DNA of 64,000 nt from Bacteroidota bacterium (GTDB taxonomy: Bacteria; Bacteroidota; Bacteroidia; AKYH767-A; OLB10). Both the position numbers and the translations under genes were made by a program. The notes beneath the pieces were generated by a model, which made no database searches, had not been told where the DNA came from, and saw nothing but the letters and a program-made list of their open reading frames with translations. Within the stretch, counting starts at the first letter, position 1. Each line of letters starts with the position of its first letter. The stretch lies in the NCBI GenBank assembly GCA_046302815.1, contig JBKCHO010000055.1, positions 13,408-77,407 of the forward strand. Reading direction: 5' to 3'. Shown piece by piece: positions 10,101 through 20,800 of the stretch.

Positions 10101-10601
10101 ATGGAACAATTGGCAAGAATAAAATCCAAAATCATGGATTGGCCTTCTCTCGAGAGGCAAATCCATTTATGGCGTGCTGCTGGCCAAAAAATCGTTTTTA
10201 CTAATGGCTGCTTCGATATTTTACACCTCGGGCACGCCGACTACTTGGCGAAGTCTGCCGAACTAGGCGATGTTTTGGTAGTTGGACTTAACGCAGACGA
10301 TTCAGTATCGAAGCTGAAAGGCCCCTCTAGACCCATTTGCGACGAACAATCCAGGACCTTTTTGATGGCCGCACTCACCATGGTGGATGCGGTGGTAATC
10401 TTCCATGAGGAAACCCCGGAGAAACTTATAAAAATGGTTAAACCAGATGTGCTTGTGAAGGGAGGCGACTATCCTATCGACCAAATCGTTGGGGGCGCGT
10501 TTGTTAAATCATACGGAGGAACAGTAACAACAATCCCGCTAGTTGAAGGCTACTCGACCAGCGCCATTGAGGCAAAAATTAAGAAGGATGCCTCGAACTG
10601 A
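10101..10601 (+). CDS. D-glycero-beta-D-manno-heptose 1-phosphate adenylyltransferase (RfaE domain II-type cytidylyltransferase)
   Basis: FTNGCFDILHLGHADYL is the (H/T)xGH nucleotidyltransferase motif. Length 166 aa. Confidence 0.75.
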   Translation: MEQLARIKSKIMDWPSLERQIHLWRAAGQKIVFTNGCFDILHLGHADYLAKSAELGDVLVVGLNADDSVSKLKGPSRPICDEQSRTFLMAALTMVDAVVIFHEETPEKLIKMVKPDVLVKGGDYPIDQIVGGAFVKSYGGTVTTIPLVEGYSTSAIEAKIKKDASN

Positions 10602-10658
10602 CTTGGCTCAGGCCCATTCAGGACTTTTATGATTAGATTTGTAATAGAAATGAAAACT

Positions 10659-11225
10659 GCCCTAAATATATTATTAGCCGTCTTGTTCCTCTTTCCATTG
10701 ACCGGCTGTGAGGACAACATGTTTCTTCGATCTAAAAAGAAGATGAAACAAGAGTTGCAAGGAACTTGGAAAAGGAATCACTTGGGAGATTTTCCATCGT
10801 TCGACTGCGAAATACAAAATGAATTCCCTTTTCAGGAATATTGGATTTTTAATGGTGATATGCTTCATGTTGTTTATGATTTCTCAGAGCCCGAGCCCCC
10901 AAGTTGTACATCAAAATACCCTGACTTCGGCACAAGAGATCTTTCTATAGACACCATAACAAGCGTTGTGCCTAACAAATATGTGCATTTTGATAAATCT
11001 GATACAAATATTGTAGCCGACTTCAGTATAGATGCTGATATTTTCAAGGCGTTTTTGAACCTTACTATAATTTCAGGCGTTGTTGACAGCGTTAATCCGG
11101 GAGAAAAGTTGGTAGTATTAACTGATTGGGAATTTGTAGAACTCGATGATGGCATTTTATATCTGGCAGGAGACAATCCATCAGGCAGCGGAGCTATTCA
11201 ACGGGAATTCTATAAAGTACAATAG
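10659..11225 (+). CDS. Hypothetical lipoprotein
   Basis: The internal start MKTALNILLAVLFLFPLTGCED gives a lipoprotein signal. No recognisable domain. Confidence 0.4.
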   Translation, partial: ALNILLAVLFLFPLTGCEDNMFLRSKKKMKQELQGTWKRNHLGDFPSFDCEIQNEFPFQEYWIFNGDMLHVVYDFSEPEPPSCTSKYPDFGTRDLSIDTITSVVPNKYVHFDKSDTNIVADFSIDADIFKAFLNLTIISGVVDSVNPGEKLVVLTDWEFVELDDGILYLAGDNPSGSGAIQREFYKVQ

Positions 11226-11231
11226 TTTAAT

Positions 11232-12617
11232 ATGGCCAAAACCAAGTCGGCTTTTTTCTGCCAGAATTGTGGCGCATCCGCACCCAAATGGATTGGCAAA
11301 TGCACTAACTGTGGCGAGTGGAACACCTATGTGGAAGAGGTTATCCACCAAGGGCCTTCGCAGGTTCCAGCATGGCGTGCATCAAATTCCCGCGAAGATG
11401 CGGGACGGCAGGCCGTTCCTCAACTCTTAGGGGATATTGAGCCCGACAAACTGGTTCGAATCAGTTTGCCTGGAAAAGAACTCAACCGTGTTTTGGGTGG
11501 AGGATTGGTGCCAGGTGCTTTGGTGCTTGTTGGTGGTGAGCCGGGCATCGGTAAATCTACCTTGATGTTGCAAATTGCCATGCGCGCCAAAGGCATGAAA
11601 GTGCTGTATGTTTCTGGCGAGGAAAGTGAGCAACAAATTAGCATCAGGGCATCCAGGATTGGCTCCTCCAACACCGAGTGCTACATCTTGACAGAAACAA
11701 ACACGCAATCTATTTTCCGCCATATACAGTCCGTACAGCCTCAGCTTGTCATCATCGATTCCATCCAAACCCTATTCTCCTCCGATATCGAGTCGGCGCC
11801 AGGAACGGTTTCGCAAATCAGGGGCTGCGCTGGCGACCTGCTGAAATTTGCTAAAGAAACAGCTACTCCCGTTTTTCTGATAGGCCACATCACCAAGGAT
11901 GGAACCATAGCCGGACCCAAGGTTCTAGAGCATATGGTAGATACGGTTCTTCAATTCGAAGGGGATCGTCACCATGTTTATCGTGTATTGAGATCCACCA
12001 AGAATCGTTTCGGTTCGACAGCCGAGATAGGCATATATGAAATGGCCTCATCAGGCCTGTCCGAAGTGCAGAATCCCAGTGAGGTTTTACTTTCTCACAT
12101 CGATGAGCAGTTGAGTGGAATTGCCATCGCTAGCACCATGGAAGGCCTGCGCCCCCTATTGATTGAAGTACAGGCTTTGGTCAGCAGCGCCGTATATGGC
12201 ACTCCGCAGCGCTCTGCCACCGGCTTTGACCTTCGCAGGCTAAACATGCTCTTGGCCGTATTGGAAAAAAGGTGTGGGTTCCGAATAGCTGCCAAAGATG
12301 TGTTTTTAAACATAGCTGGAGGAATAAAAGTCGAAGACCCCGCTACTGACCTCGCTGTCATTTGCTCGGTACTTAGTTCAAGCGAAGACATCGCATTGCC
12401 CAGTCGCGTCTGTTTTGCAGGTGAGGTTGGCCTCAGCGGAGAGATTCGGCCGGTAAACCGTATTGACCAACGCATCCGCGAAGCAGAAAAAATGGGATTC
12501 GAAAAAATTTACTTTTCAAAATACAACCTGAAAGGCCTCGAAAAAGAAGCCAAGGGTAAGATAGAATTGGTTCCCGTAAGTAAAGTGGATGAGGTTTTCA
12601 GCTCGCTATTCAGCTGA
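11232..12617 (+). CDS. radA: DNA repair protein RadA (Sms)
   Basis: N-terminal zinc finger CQNCGASAPKWIGKCTNCGEWN, Walker A GGEPGIGKST, the KNRFG motif, and a C-terminal Lon-like domain. Confidence 0.95.
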   Translation: MAKTKSAFFCQNCGASAPKWIGKCTNCGEWNTYVEEVIHQGPSQVPAWRASNSREDAGRQAVPQLLGDIEPDKLVRISLPGKELNRVLGGGLVPGALVLVGGEPGIGKSTLMLQIAMRAKGMKVLYVSGEESEQQISIRASRIGSSNTECYILTETNTQSIFRHIQSVQPQLVIIDSIQTLFSSDIESAPGTVSQIRGCAGDLLKFAKETATPVFLIGHITKDGTIAGPKVLEHMVDTVLQFEGDRHHVYRVLRSTKNRFGSTAEIGIYEMASSGLSEVQNPSEVLLSHIDEQLSGIAIASTMEGLRPLLIEVQALVSSAVYGTPQRSATGFDLRRLNMLLAVLEKRCGFRIAAKDVFLNIAGGIKVEDPATDLAVICSVLSSSEDIALPSRVCFAGEVGLSGEIRPVNRIDQRIREAEKMGFEKIYFSKYNLKGLEKEAKGKIELVPVSKVDEVFSSLFS

Positions 12618-12634
12618 CATCTGATCTAGCAACA

Positions 12635-15082
12635 TCAACCCTCGAAATCCATATCCTCTCTCGAACGGTCACGCATTCGCTGTTGATCGCGATCACGAAG
12701 TTCACCGAAACGATAGGTGAATGATAGCGTCACAAAACGGCTTTGACGCTTCCTTGTGAAGTCCTGGCTGTAGGTAACATCTTCAAATTCGAAACCGAAC
12801 CGCTGTACATTGAATGGATCGGAAACCCGCACCGATACCACACCTTTGTCTTTCAGAATTTTCCTGCTGGCAGCGATAGTCAACATTTGCATGTCCTTCA
12901 TGGTTCCTTGAGTAACACGCATTCTTGGACGATAGAAATAGGTGATTTGAAGGTCGGTGTTTTTGAAAGGCTTGAAAGTGGAGAAAACCCTGCCGGAGGC
13001 GGTCCAAGATTCGGAGTTCAAATCCTCCTGAAGGTTTTTAGCGCTGATCATGTTGTAGTAAATGTTGGTGCTAAAAGTGATATTCCACCATTTGTAGGGT
13101 GCTCCGTTGAGAATAAATTCCGCCCCATAATTACGCGCGAAAGCGAGGTTCTCCCAAGTAACCACTGTAATTTGCAAAGTGTCGTTTGAAACGGTCCTGT
13201 ATCGCTGAATATTATCTCTAGTGAGTCGAGCATATAGCGTGGAGGTGAGAGAAAACTTGCCCATAAAACGCATGTTTTCTATCTCGTAGCTATCGGTGTA
13301 CTCGGGATCGAGGTCGGGGTTTCCAATTCTAACATTCCTGGGATCATCGTAATTGGGGAATGGGTTGAGTGCATTGCGTCTGGGCCGGTTTATCCTACGA
13401 CTATAAGTAGCTTTCCAAGAGTTTTTCTGGGAGGGTTTGTAGGTAACGAATGCGCTGGGATAAACCGAGAAGTAATCCTTGGTGAATACCGAATCAGTTG
13501 TCACCAAATTGGACTCGGTGTTTGCATACTCGCTTCGCAATCCTAACTGATAGCCAAACTTACCCAGGGTTTGACGGTACTGTGCGTATGCGGCATGTAA
13601 AACATCTGAAAAAACAAAACGATTGGTTCGGTTCTCATCGCTTTCAAATACACCTCCGGAAAAACGCTCAAAAATCAGATCCGTGTCAAATTCACGAATG
13701 GTTGACTTTACACCCGCTTCCACCTTCTTGTTTTCACTTATCGGATGTTCGTAATCCGTTGATACGCTAAAAATCTGATTCTGGTTGGCTGTTCTATCTC
13801 TTTCAAGCATCCCTCCTGGCAAAGGAGTGATTTCGTCGAGGTAATCAGATTCCGTATAAGTGTTATTCGGATCGTTATTATCAAAAGATGCACTAGCATT
13901 GAAATTCAAAAGGCGCCCCTTTTGTTTGAAAAAGTGCTTCCAAGCGAGGTCAGCATCCAAGTTGAGATTCTCGCCCGTTCCATAGGTCAATCTTCTAGCA
14001 TAGGATTCACCCGGAACTGAAACTTGGTAAAAGCGGTACAGGATATTGTTATCATCTTCCGATTCACCGACATTTACCATGGCACTTGAGGAAAGGGTGT
14101 TGCGATCGTTCAAATTCAGATCCACTCCGAATTTGACATTGTGCGTTTGCCTGGTATTGTTTCCATTTTCGTTTTGCTTGATTACATCAATGGTGTCTGG
14201 ACGGAAATATGTTTCACGGTAAGAATTTCCTTCGTTGAAAGTATTGTCCCTGGTAAATGCATAATTTGTATAGATATTCCACTTGCCTTTGCGAAGGCTC
14301 AACATACCATTGATGCCATACCTGCCTTCAAATGAAGTGTTGACTCCAACATTTCCAGTGAACCCTTGTAGACGATTTTTCTTGGTAACAATGTTGATGA
14401 TTCCGGAGATGCCATCCGGATCATATTTGGCAGAAGGATTGGTAATCACCTCGACATTTTCTACTGCCGAAGCCGGCAGGGATTCGAGTAGTGATTTACC
14501 TCCCGAGCCAGTTAAGCCGGAAGGTCGACCATCGATCAGTATGGTAACATTCTCATTACCTCTCAGGCTGACAGTGCCTTCCTGATCGATCTCTACACTA
14601 GGTATGTTTTCGAGTACATTTTTGACACTTCCTCCCGCAGTAACGGCCAATTGTTCGGTGTTATAGGTGCGCTTGTCGATATTATTCATCATAAAAGCCT
14701 TATCGGCGGTAATGTCGGCTCCTTGAAGTGTTGTAGCAGAAATCTTCAGCTTGATGACACCTAGGTCCGTCACAGGAGTAGCTTCGCCAGGACGCAAACC
14801 GACCCTTTGCGCATATTTCTCATATCCGATGAAAGCGATTTCAAGCATATAACCCCCGGGCCCCAGATTGTCTATTCTAAATTCTCCGGAATTTGAAGTT
14901 ATGGCACCTGAAACCAGGGAAGAGTCTCTCATTTTTTTTACGGCCACGGTAGTAAATTCCAAAGGAGCAGATGTGGAGGCATCAACCACCTTCCCTTTTA
15001 TGGAAAATACAGGTTGCTGGGCTTGTGTTAAAGAGAAGGAAGAAATCAGAAAAAGAAAAAAGATGAGTGTTGTATGTCGCAT
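12635..15082 (-). CDS. TonB-dependent outer-membrane receptor with an N-terminal carboxypeptidase-regulatory-like domain
   Basis: Signal MRHTTLIFFLFLISSFSLTQAQQ from the likely internal start. FSIKGKVVDASTSAPLEFTTVAV is the CarbopepD_reg-like domain. A plug follows (TonB box-like region DITADKAFMMN), and the long beta-barrel has an aromatic C-terminus (...DMDFEG). Confidence 0.8.
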   Translation of the reverse strand: MRHTTLIFFLFLISSFSLTQAQQPVFSIKGKVVDASTSAPLEFTTVAVKKMRDSSLVSGAITSNSGEFRIDNLGPGGYMLEIAFIGYEKYAQRVGLRPGEATPVTDLGVIKLKISATTLQGADITADKAFMMNNIDKRTYNTEQLAVTAGGSVKNVLENIPSVEIDQEGTVSLRGNENVTILIDGRPSGLTGSGGKSLLESLPASAVENVEVITNPSAKYDPDGISGIINIVTKKNRLQGFTGNVGVNTSFEGRYGINGMLSLRKGKWNIYTNYAFTRDNTFNEGNSYRETYFRPDTIDVIKQNENGNNTRQTHNVKFGVDLNLNDRNTLSSSAMVNVGESEDDNNILYRFYQVSVPGESYARRLTYGTGENLNLDADLAWKHFFKQKGRLLNFNASASFDNNDPNNTYTESDYLDEITPLPGGMLERDRTANQNQIFSVSTDYEHPISENKKVEAGVKSTIREFDTDLIFERFSGGVFESDENRTNRFVFSDVLHAAYAQYRQTLGKFGYQLGLRSEYANTESNLVTTDSVFTKDYFSVYPSAFVTYKPSQKNSWKATYSRRINRPRRNALNPFPNYDDPRNVRIGNPDLDPEYTDSYEIENMRFMGKFSLTSTLYARLTRDNIQRYRTVSNDTLQITVVTWENLAFARNYGAEFILNGAPYKWWNITFSTNIYYNMISAKNLQEDLNSESWTASGRVFSTFKPFKNTDLQITYFYRPRMRVTQGTMKDMQMLTIAASRKILKDKGVVSVRVSDPFNVQRFGFEFEDVTYSQDFTRKRQSRFVTLSFTYRFGELRDRDQQRMRDRSREDMDFEG

Positions 15083-15211
15083 AATTAAGTTAAGACGAAA
15101 TGCAAAGGTATCAAATGCCTTGTAGGATGTTATTGAAACACCGAAGTTTAACACGAATAGGGTGTTTTTGTTTTTTATATTTGAACAAATTCATTCCCGA
15201 AGGGAAAACAC

Positions 15212-16366
15212 ATGAAACCAGAGCGAACGCGTTCAGCCTCAAACTCAAGCGGTGCCAATGACACGGAAAAAAACCTGTTTACCATAGGTATTGAAGAGGA
15301 ATTCCAAGTGATTGATCCGGTGACCCGGGAGTTGAAATCACACATGCATCAAATTGTGGACGGGGGGAAGACCGTTCTCCATGAGCAGGTGAAAGCCGAA
15401 ATGCACCAATCCGTTGTGGAGGTTGGCACAAATGTGTGCAGCAATGTGGCCGAGGCTCGCAAGGAGGTGCTGTACCTGAGGCGAATGGTATCAGACCTCG
15501 CCGCCAAGCAAGGATTGCGAATTGCGGCCGCCGGCACACACCCTTTCTCGAGGTGGCAAGAGCAACCCATTACCGATAACCCTAGGTACCATGAGATAGT
15601 TAACGAAATGCAAGATGCCGCCCGATCTAATTTGATTTTCGGTTTGCATGTACATGTGGGTATTGCCAGTCGCCAGCAAGGCATAGCGCTGATGAATTCT
15701 GCCAGATATTTTCTACCACACATTTTCGCGTTGTCTACCAATTCTCCCTTCTGGCAAGGAAGAAACACCGGATTCAAATCATACCGAGTAAAAGTATTTG
15801 ACAAGTTTCCCCGAACAGGCATACCCGATTATTTTTCCAGTGCAGGAGAATACGACCGATACATCAATCTACTTATCAAAACCAATTGCATCGACAATGC
15901 GCGAAAAGTGTGGTACGACCTAAGGTTGCACCCCACTTACAATACTTTGGAGTTCCGCATATGTGATGTGCCAATGCTGGTGGATGAAACTATAGCCCTA
16001 ACGGCGTTAATACAGGCATTAGTAGCCAAGCTTGTTCGACTTATGGAGCAGAACCTCGACTTCAGACAATACAGTCGAGCGCTCATCAATGAGAACAAAT
16101 GGCGTGCGGCTCGCTATGGTATTGAGGGAAAGCTAATCGACTTCGGAAAGGAGAAGGAAGTTTCAGTTCCCGAATTGGCTGAAGAACTTTTAGCCTTTGT
16201 AGATGATATGGTTGATGAATTAGGTAGCCGCAATGAAATAACATACATTAGAGAAATACTTCGCAACGGTACCGGAGCCGATCGCCAGCTGGAAACCTAC
16301 AAGCAAACAGGCGACTTCAAAAAAGTAGTTGATCAAATCATCGAAGAAACCAATAAAGGAATCTGA
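15212..16366 (+). CDS. Carboxylate-amine ligase (YbdK / glutamate-cysteine ligase family 2)
   Basis: FTIGIEEEFQVID at the N-terminus and the overall 384-aa GCS2 architecture (…LHVHVGI…). Confidence 0.8.
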   Translation: MKPERTRSASNSSGANDTEKNLFTIGIEEEFQVIDPVTRELKSHMHQIVDGGKTVLHEQVKAEMHQSVVEVGTNVCSNVAEARKEVLYLRRMVSDLAAKQGLRIAAAGTHPFSRWQEQPITDNPRYHEIVNEMQDAARSNLIFGLHVHVGIASRQQGIALMNSARYFLPHIFALSTNSPFWQGRNTGFKSYRVKVFDKFPRTGIPDYFSSAGEYDRYINLLIKTNCIDNARKVWYDLRLHPTYNTLEFRICDVPMLVDETIALTALIQALVAKLVRLMEQNLDFRQYSRALINENKWRAARYGIEGKLIDFGKEKEVSVPELAEELLAFVDDMVDELGSRNEITYIREILRNGTGADRQLETYKQTGDFKKVVDQIIEETNKGI

Positions 16367-16368
16367 TA

Positions 16369-17784
16369 ATGAAACATCCTTGGCGCAATTTTTTTGGATT
16401 TTTACCCATTATCCTAGCAACATTAACCGCAAAGGCACAAAATCCTACCGATACTATCGGTAACACGCCTGTTGTGATACGCACAGCCATCGACTCCTCC
16501 CATTTTTTAAATGGAAATCCCAGCCAATACAATTACGGATCTGGACCATGGGGCTTGACTTGGGCGCCCGATCAAAAACTTTGGATTGCGAATAAAAAAC
16601 AAATCAACCGTTATGATCCCAGTACAAGCACCCTGGATACAGTTTTGACAATTACATCGGGATATATTATGGATGTGGCCATTCACCCACAATTTCCTTC
16701 CACTCCATTTGTATACGCCACCATTGATACTGGCAACTATTATGCTGCAAGCGCCTTTATTCACCTTTACCGTTTCACCTGGGATGCAACTAGCCAAAGT
16801 CTAATGTCTCCACAAGTGTTGTTGGGATGGGGGCACGGTGGCGAGCATTCAGGAGGTCGGGTTATTTTCGGCCTTGATGGAAAAGTGTATGTGTCAACTG
16901 CCGAATATTACCAGCCTTTTGATAGTCTGTTCAATAACTCCGGAAAAATCCTAAGGGTAAACCCCGATGGCACAGTTCCAATTGACAATCCTTTTCAAGA
17001 TTACACATACACCCGCGGCCACCGCAATCCCCAGGGATTGGTACAGATACCAAATGGCCAAATCTTCTCATCTGAACATGGACAAATGATGGGTAATGAC
17101 GAATTGAATCGGATCGAGGCGGGCGGGAATTATGGTTGGATACTGTATGACGCTTACCAATGCATCGGCAACCAAGACACTTGTCAATTTTACTTTAGCA
17201 CAAGGAAGTTCCCAATCAATAACGGCGCCCATCCACCGTCAGGTATAGATTATTATAGCCATCCATCGATACCTGAGTTCAATGGCATTCTTATGGCGGT
17301 TACTGGAACCAATCAAGGACTCTATGCACTCGGTCTGAACGCAAACATGGATTCTACCATATCCAAAAACAGATACCTGTATGCGGTTGGACCGAATGGC
17401 CTTCCCGGCACCATGAGTAAGTTCGGTAGGATTCGTGATGTGTGTGCAACACCGTATGGCTCGGTCTTTTTTATTGCCCGTGACCGTGGATATCCCCGTA
17501 TCATGGAAATCTTTAATCCACTGTTTTCGAACCTGGCTCCAAAGCCGGAATTTGAAGATCTTTCCGTTTTCCCCAACCCTAGTACTTACTCGTCTGAAAT
17601 ATGTATCAAAAGACCGATTTCAGATACGGATTTCGTTAAGGTTTTTGATGCCTCGGGTAGAATTTTCTATGAAGCCCCCTTTCATGAATTAACACACACC
17701 ATTCCTGCAAATACGCTTTCGCCCGGAACTTATACCATCGAAACCATGCGATATAGATCTCCAAAATTGATTGTATTTGAATAA
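16369..17784 (+). CDS. PQQ-dependent soluble sugar (aldose/sorbosone) dehydrogenase-like beta-propeller protein with a T9SS C-terminal sorting domain
   Basis: GLTWAPDQKLWIA, HSGGRVIFGLDGKVYVS and the GHRNPQGL motif of the sGDH/YliI family. The C-terminal ~80 aa (LSVFPNPSTYSSEICIK...YTIETMRY) resemble a T9SS CTD. Confidence 0.7.
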   Translation: MKHPWRNFFGFLPIILATLTAKAQNPTDTIGNTPVVIRTAIDSSHFLNGNPSQYNYGSGPWGLTWAPDQKLWIANKKQINRYDPSTSTLDTVLTITSGYIMDVAIHPQFPSTPFVYATIDTGNYYAASAFIHLYRFTWDATSQSLMSPQVLLGWGHGGEHSGGRVIFGLDGKVYVSTAEYYQPFDSLFNNSGKILRVNPDGTVPIDNPFQDYTYTRGHRNPQGLVQIPNGQIFSSEHGQMMGNDELNRIEAGGNYGWILYDAYQCIGNQDTCQFYFSTRKFPINNGAHPPSGIDYYSHPSIPEFNGILMAVTGTNQGLYALGLNANMDSTISKNRYLYAVGPNGLPGTMSKFGRIRDVCATPYGSVFFIARDRGYPRIMEIFNPLFSNLAPKPEFEDLSVFPNPSTYSSEICIKRPISDTDFVKVFDASGRIFYEAPFHELTHTIPANTLSPGTYTIETMRYRSPKLIVFE

Positions 17785-17896
17785 ATCGTAACGATTCAAT
17801 TTGTTTTGAATACCTTAGTCCTACTATGACATATAATATTTGTCATCTATAACCAAAGACATCTTAGAACATATCAGACCACGAATCAAACCGACT

Positions 17897-20800
17897 ATGA
17901 AAAAACTTTTAATCCTTTTTTTAAGCTTAATTTCCATTCCATCAGTTGCTCAAAACATGTACAAGCCTTCGGCTTATGAAATTTCGCAGCTTCCGGCATG
18001 GGCGCAAGCCATGTATTCGGATGAGCCCAACATGTTCGTTGTAGACTCGCTATATGCGGCATACCATTCCAGCCATGCCTTCGTGAAATCATACCATACG
18101 CAATATTACAAGCGCTGGAGGCGACAATCGTTGCCATTTGTGGATGCCAACGGTGTTATTCGTCGACCAACACCTTTAATGGAAAAAGCCATTCAACAGG
18201 AATTCCTTGCCAAAACGCAATTCACTACCTCCGCTTCAAACTGGTCAGTTGCTGGCCCAATCCAGGTCTTACAAAACAATGGCCTCCCGGGAGGCGGACA
18301 GTCTAACATCTACTCCGTAGACCAATGCCTTTCAAATCCCTCAATCATGTACTGTGGTACAGAACCGGGTGAGGTTTACAAAAGTTCTGATGGCGGCGAA
18401 ACATGGACCAGTGTTTCCATGTCGATGAACTTCGGTAGCGGAGTCACTGCCGTTGAAGTTAATCCCGACAACCCCGATATTGTATTCGCAGGAGGAAATG
18501 CAGGTGTGTTTCGTAGCGACAATGGTGGACAGAGCTGGACGAATGTGTTGCCCAACACCAATTTTGGTGTCAATGAGATCCTAATCAACCACGCCAACAC
18601 CAACATTGTGATGGCGGCCACCGACAAAGGGCTATACCGTAGCATCGATGGAGGAATAACATGGAACCAACTTTACAACCAAAAAACCTACGACATCAAA
18701 TTCAATGCTGGCAACGCTGGAATTGCGTACGCTGTTAAGAATAATCCCTCCTTGGTGATTTGTGAATTTTTCTTGTCTACGGATTCTGGCGCAACATGGA
18801 CTCTGCAATCGAACGGATGGTTCTCTTCCAATGACCCGGCTCGCAACGATGGCGGAGCGCGCATTGGCGTATCTCCGGCCAATCCGAACCGTGTGTATGC
18901 CTACCTGATTGGTGAAGCGAAAGCCAACGATTACGGATTCATTGGTGTTTACAGAAGTGATGATGGTGGTTACACTTGGTCGCTTCCCAACGGTCCGGCC
19001 GGAGGACCTTACACGGCATCCCATCCGAATTTGGCTTACGGAAATACAGGCTGGACATATCATCAAGGTTTTTACAATTGTGCCATCATGGTTGACGAAA
19101 ACAATGCCGATCGAATTCTGATAGGTGGCCTTAACCTTTGGCGATCCAATAACGGTGGCGCCTCCTTTAGTTCCGTAGCAGGGTATGTGGGCGGCCCCCT
19201 CAGCATCCATGTGGACATGCAGGATTTCAGAATGATAAACGGTATTGCATGGATCTCCACTGATGGAGGCATTTATAAGTCGAATGATTTTTTTGTATCT
19301 CAACCTGTATTCAAAATGACTGGTTTGCATGCGACGGACTATTGGGGTTTTGGAAGTGGATGGAATGAGGATGTGCTGGTTGGCGGATTGTATCACAACG
19401 GCAACATTGCATACCATGAGAACTACGGCGCAGGCAACTATCTCGCCTTGGGAGGAGGCGAAGCTCCTACGGGTTATGTGAATCCTGGTAACAACCGGAA
19501 AACCTACTTCTCCGATATCGGGGGCCGATTTCTGCCTTCTAGTATCACAGGTCAAGTGAATGGATTCTCTTTTGGGAAAAGCCCCAACGAAAGCTATTAC
19601 GCCGCCGAATCAAGCGAATTGGAATTCCATCCGAACTGCTACAACACAGCTTGGCTTGGAAACGAAAACAAACTATGGCGCACGGATGATGGTGGAGGAT
19701 CATTCAATTTAGTGAATGCATTTGGCACCAATGTCAACAACCAAATAAAGTACATCGAAGTATCCTCGAGTGATCCGGATGTTATGTATTTGAACCAACA
19801 GCCTGCTTCAGGGAGCACAGGCACCTTATGGAAAACCGTCAATGGAGGACAATCTTGGAACGCCCTTACCATTCCAAGTGGAAACAGCAGGAGGATGTTG
19901 CTGACTGTGGATCCGTTGAATGAAAATCGAATTTGGATTGCATACCCAGGAGGATCGAATGGGAACAAAATATACAAGTCGGTAAATGGCGGCCAAACCT
20001 GGACAAACATCACATCCACCCTACTCAATAACGAACAAGCGCAGTCCATTGTACACATCGCAGGCACGCAAGGTGGATTATATTATTGTACTAACAAATC
20101 GGTTTATTATTTTAGCGAAGCCTCAGGTGCATGGGTTATAGCCAATCAGGGCTTACCCACTTTCACAAGCACAGTGATTGCAAGACCATTTTATCGTGAT
20201 GGCAAGATTCGGGTGGCTACTTACGGCAAGGGTATTTGGGAAAGCGCTTTAGAGGAGTCTCCAAGTGGCCCAATAGCACGGATACAAGTCGACAAGTTAT
20301 CGCAAACAGTTATCTGCGTGACCGACTCCTTTTATTTTGAAGATCATTCGTTCTTGAATCATACGAACGCAAGCTGGAGTTGGACTTTCCAAAACGGCAC
20401 ACCGAGCACCTCCAACCTGCGCAATCCGGTAGTATTCTTCAATGCTCCAGGGAGCCAAATGGTAACCTTGACTGTTACAGATGGCAATGGTCAGCAGGAT
20501 TCGGACACCATTTACATAGAGCTTAATCCGTATGCCTTCCCCACTATCATTGCTGAGGGCTTCGAGGGCGCTTTCCTACCCTCGGGATGGACGCAGTTTA
20601 ATGAAGACAATGGTGGGCAATGGGCGCTGGCGACCAATGCTGGAGCCACTGGCTCTTCAAATAGTGCTTTATTCGACAATTACAACATCGACTCGCAAAC
20701 CACTTATGATGATTTGAGGACCCATCTAAATACCACTGGGATGCAAAATCCGGTTTTGACTTTTGATGCGGCCTATGCAAGATGGGGAGGAAATTATAGC

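Noticed and set aside
12743-13189. 148-aa plus-strand ORF
   Set aside because: It is antisense to the TonB-dependent receptor beta-barrel region.
15279-15822. Several 60-160-aa minus-strand ORFs inside the carboxylate-amine ligase gene
   Set aside because: They are antisense and overlap a clearly coding GCS2 frame. Their Pro/Cys/Arg-rich translations are typical of out-of-frame artefacts.
18632-19555. 307-aa minus-strand ORF
   Set aside because: It is antisense to the BNR-repeat gene 17897-21313. The Gly/Ser/Thr/Asn-rich codons of Asp-box repeats give long stop-free antisense frames, and this one has no motifs.
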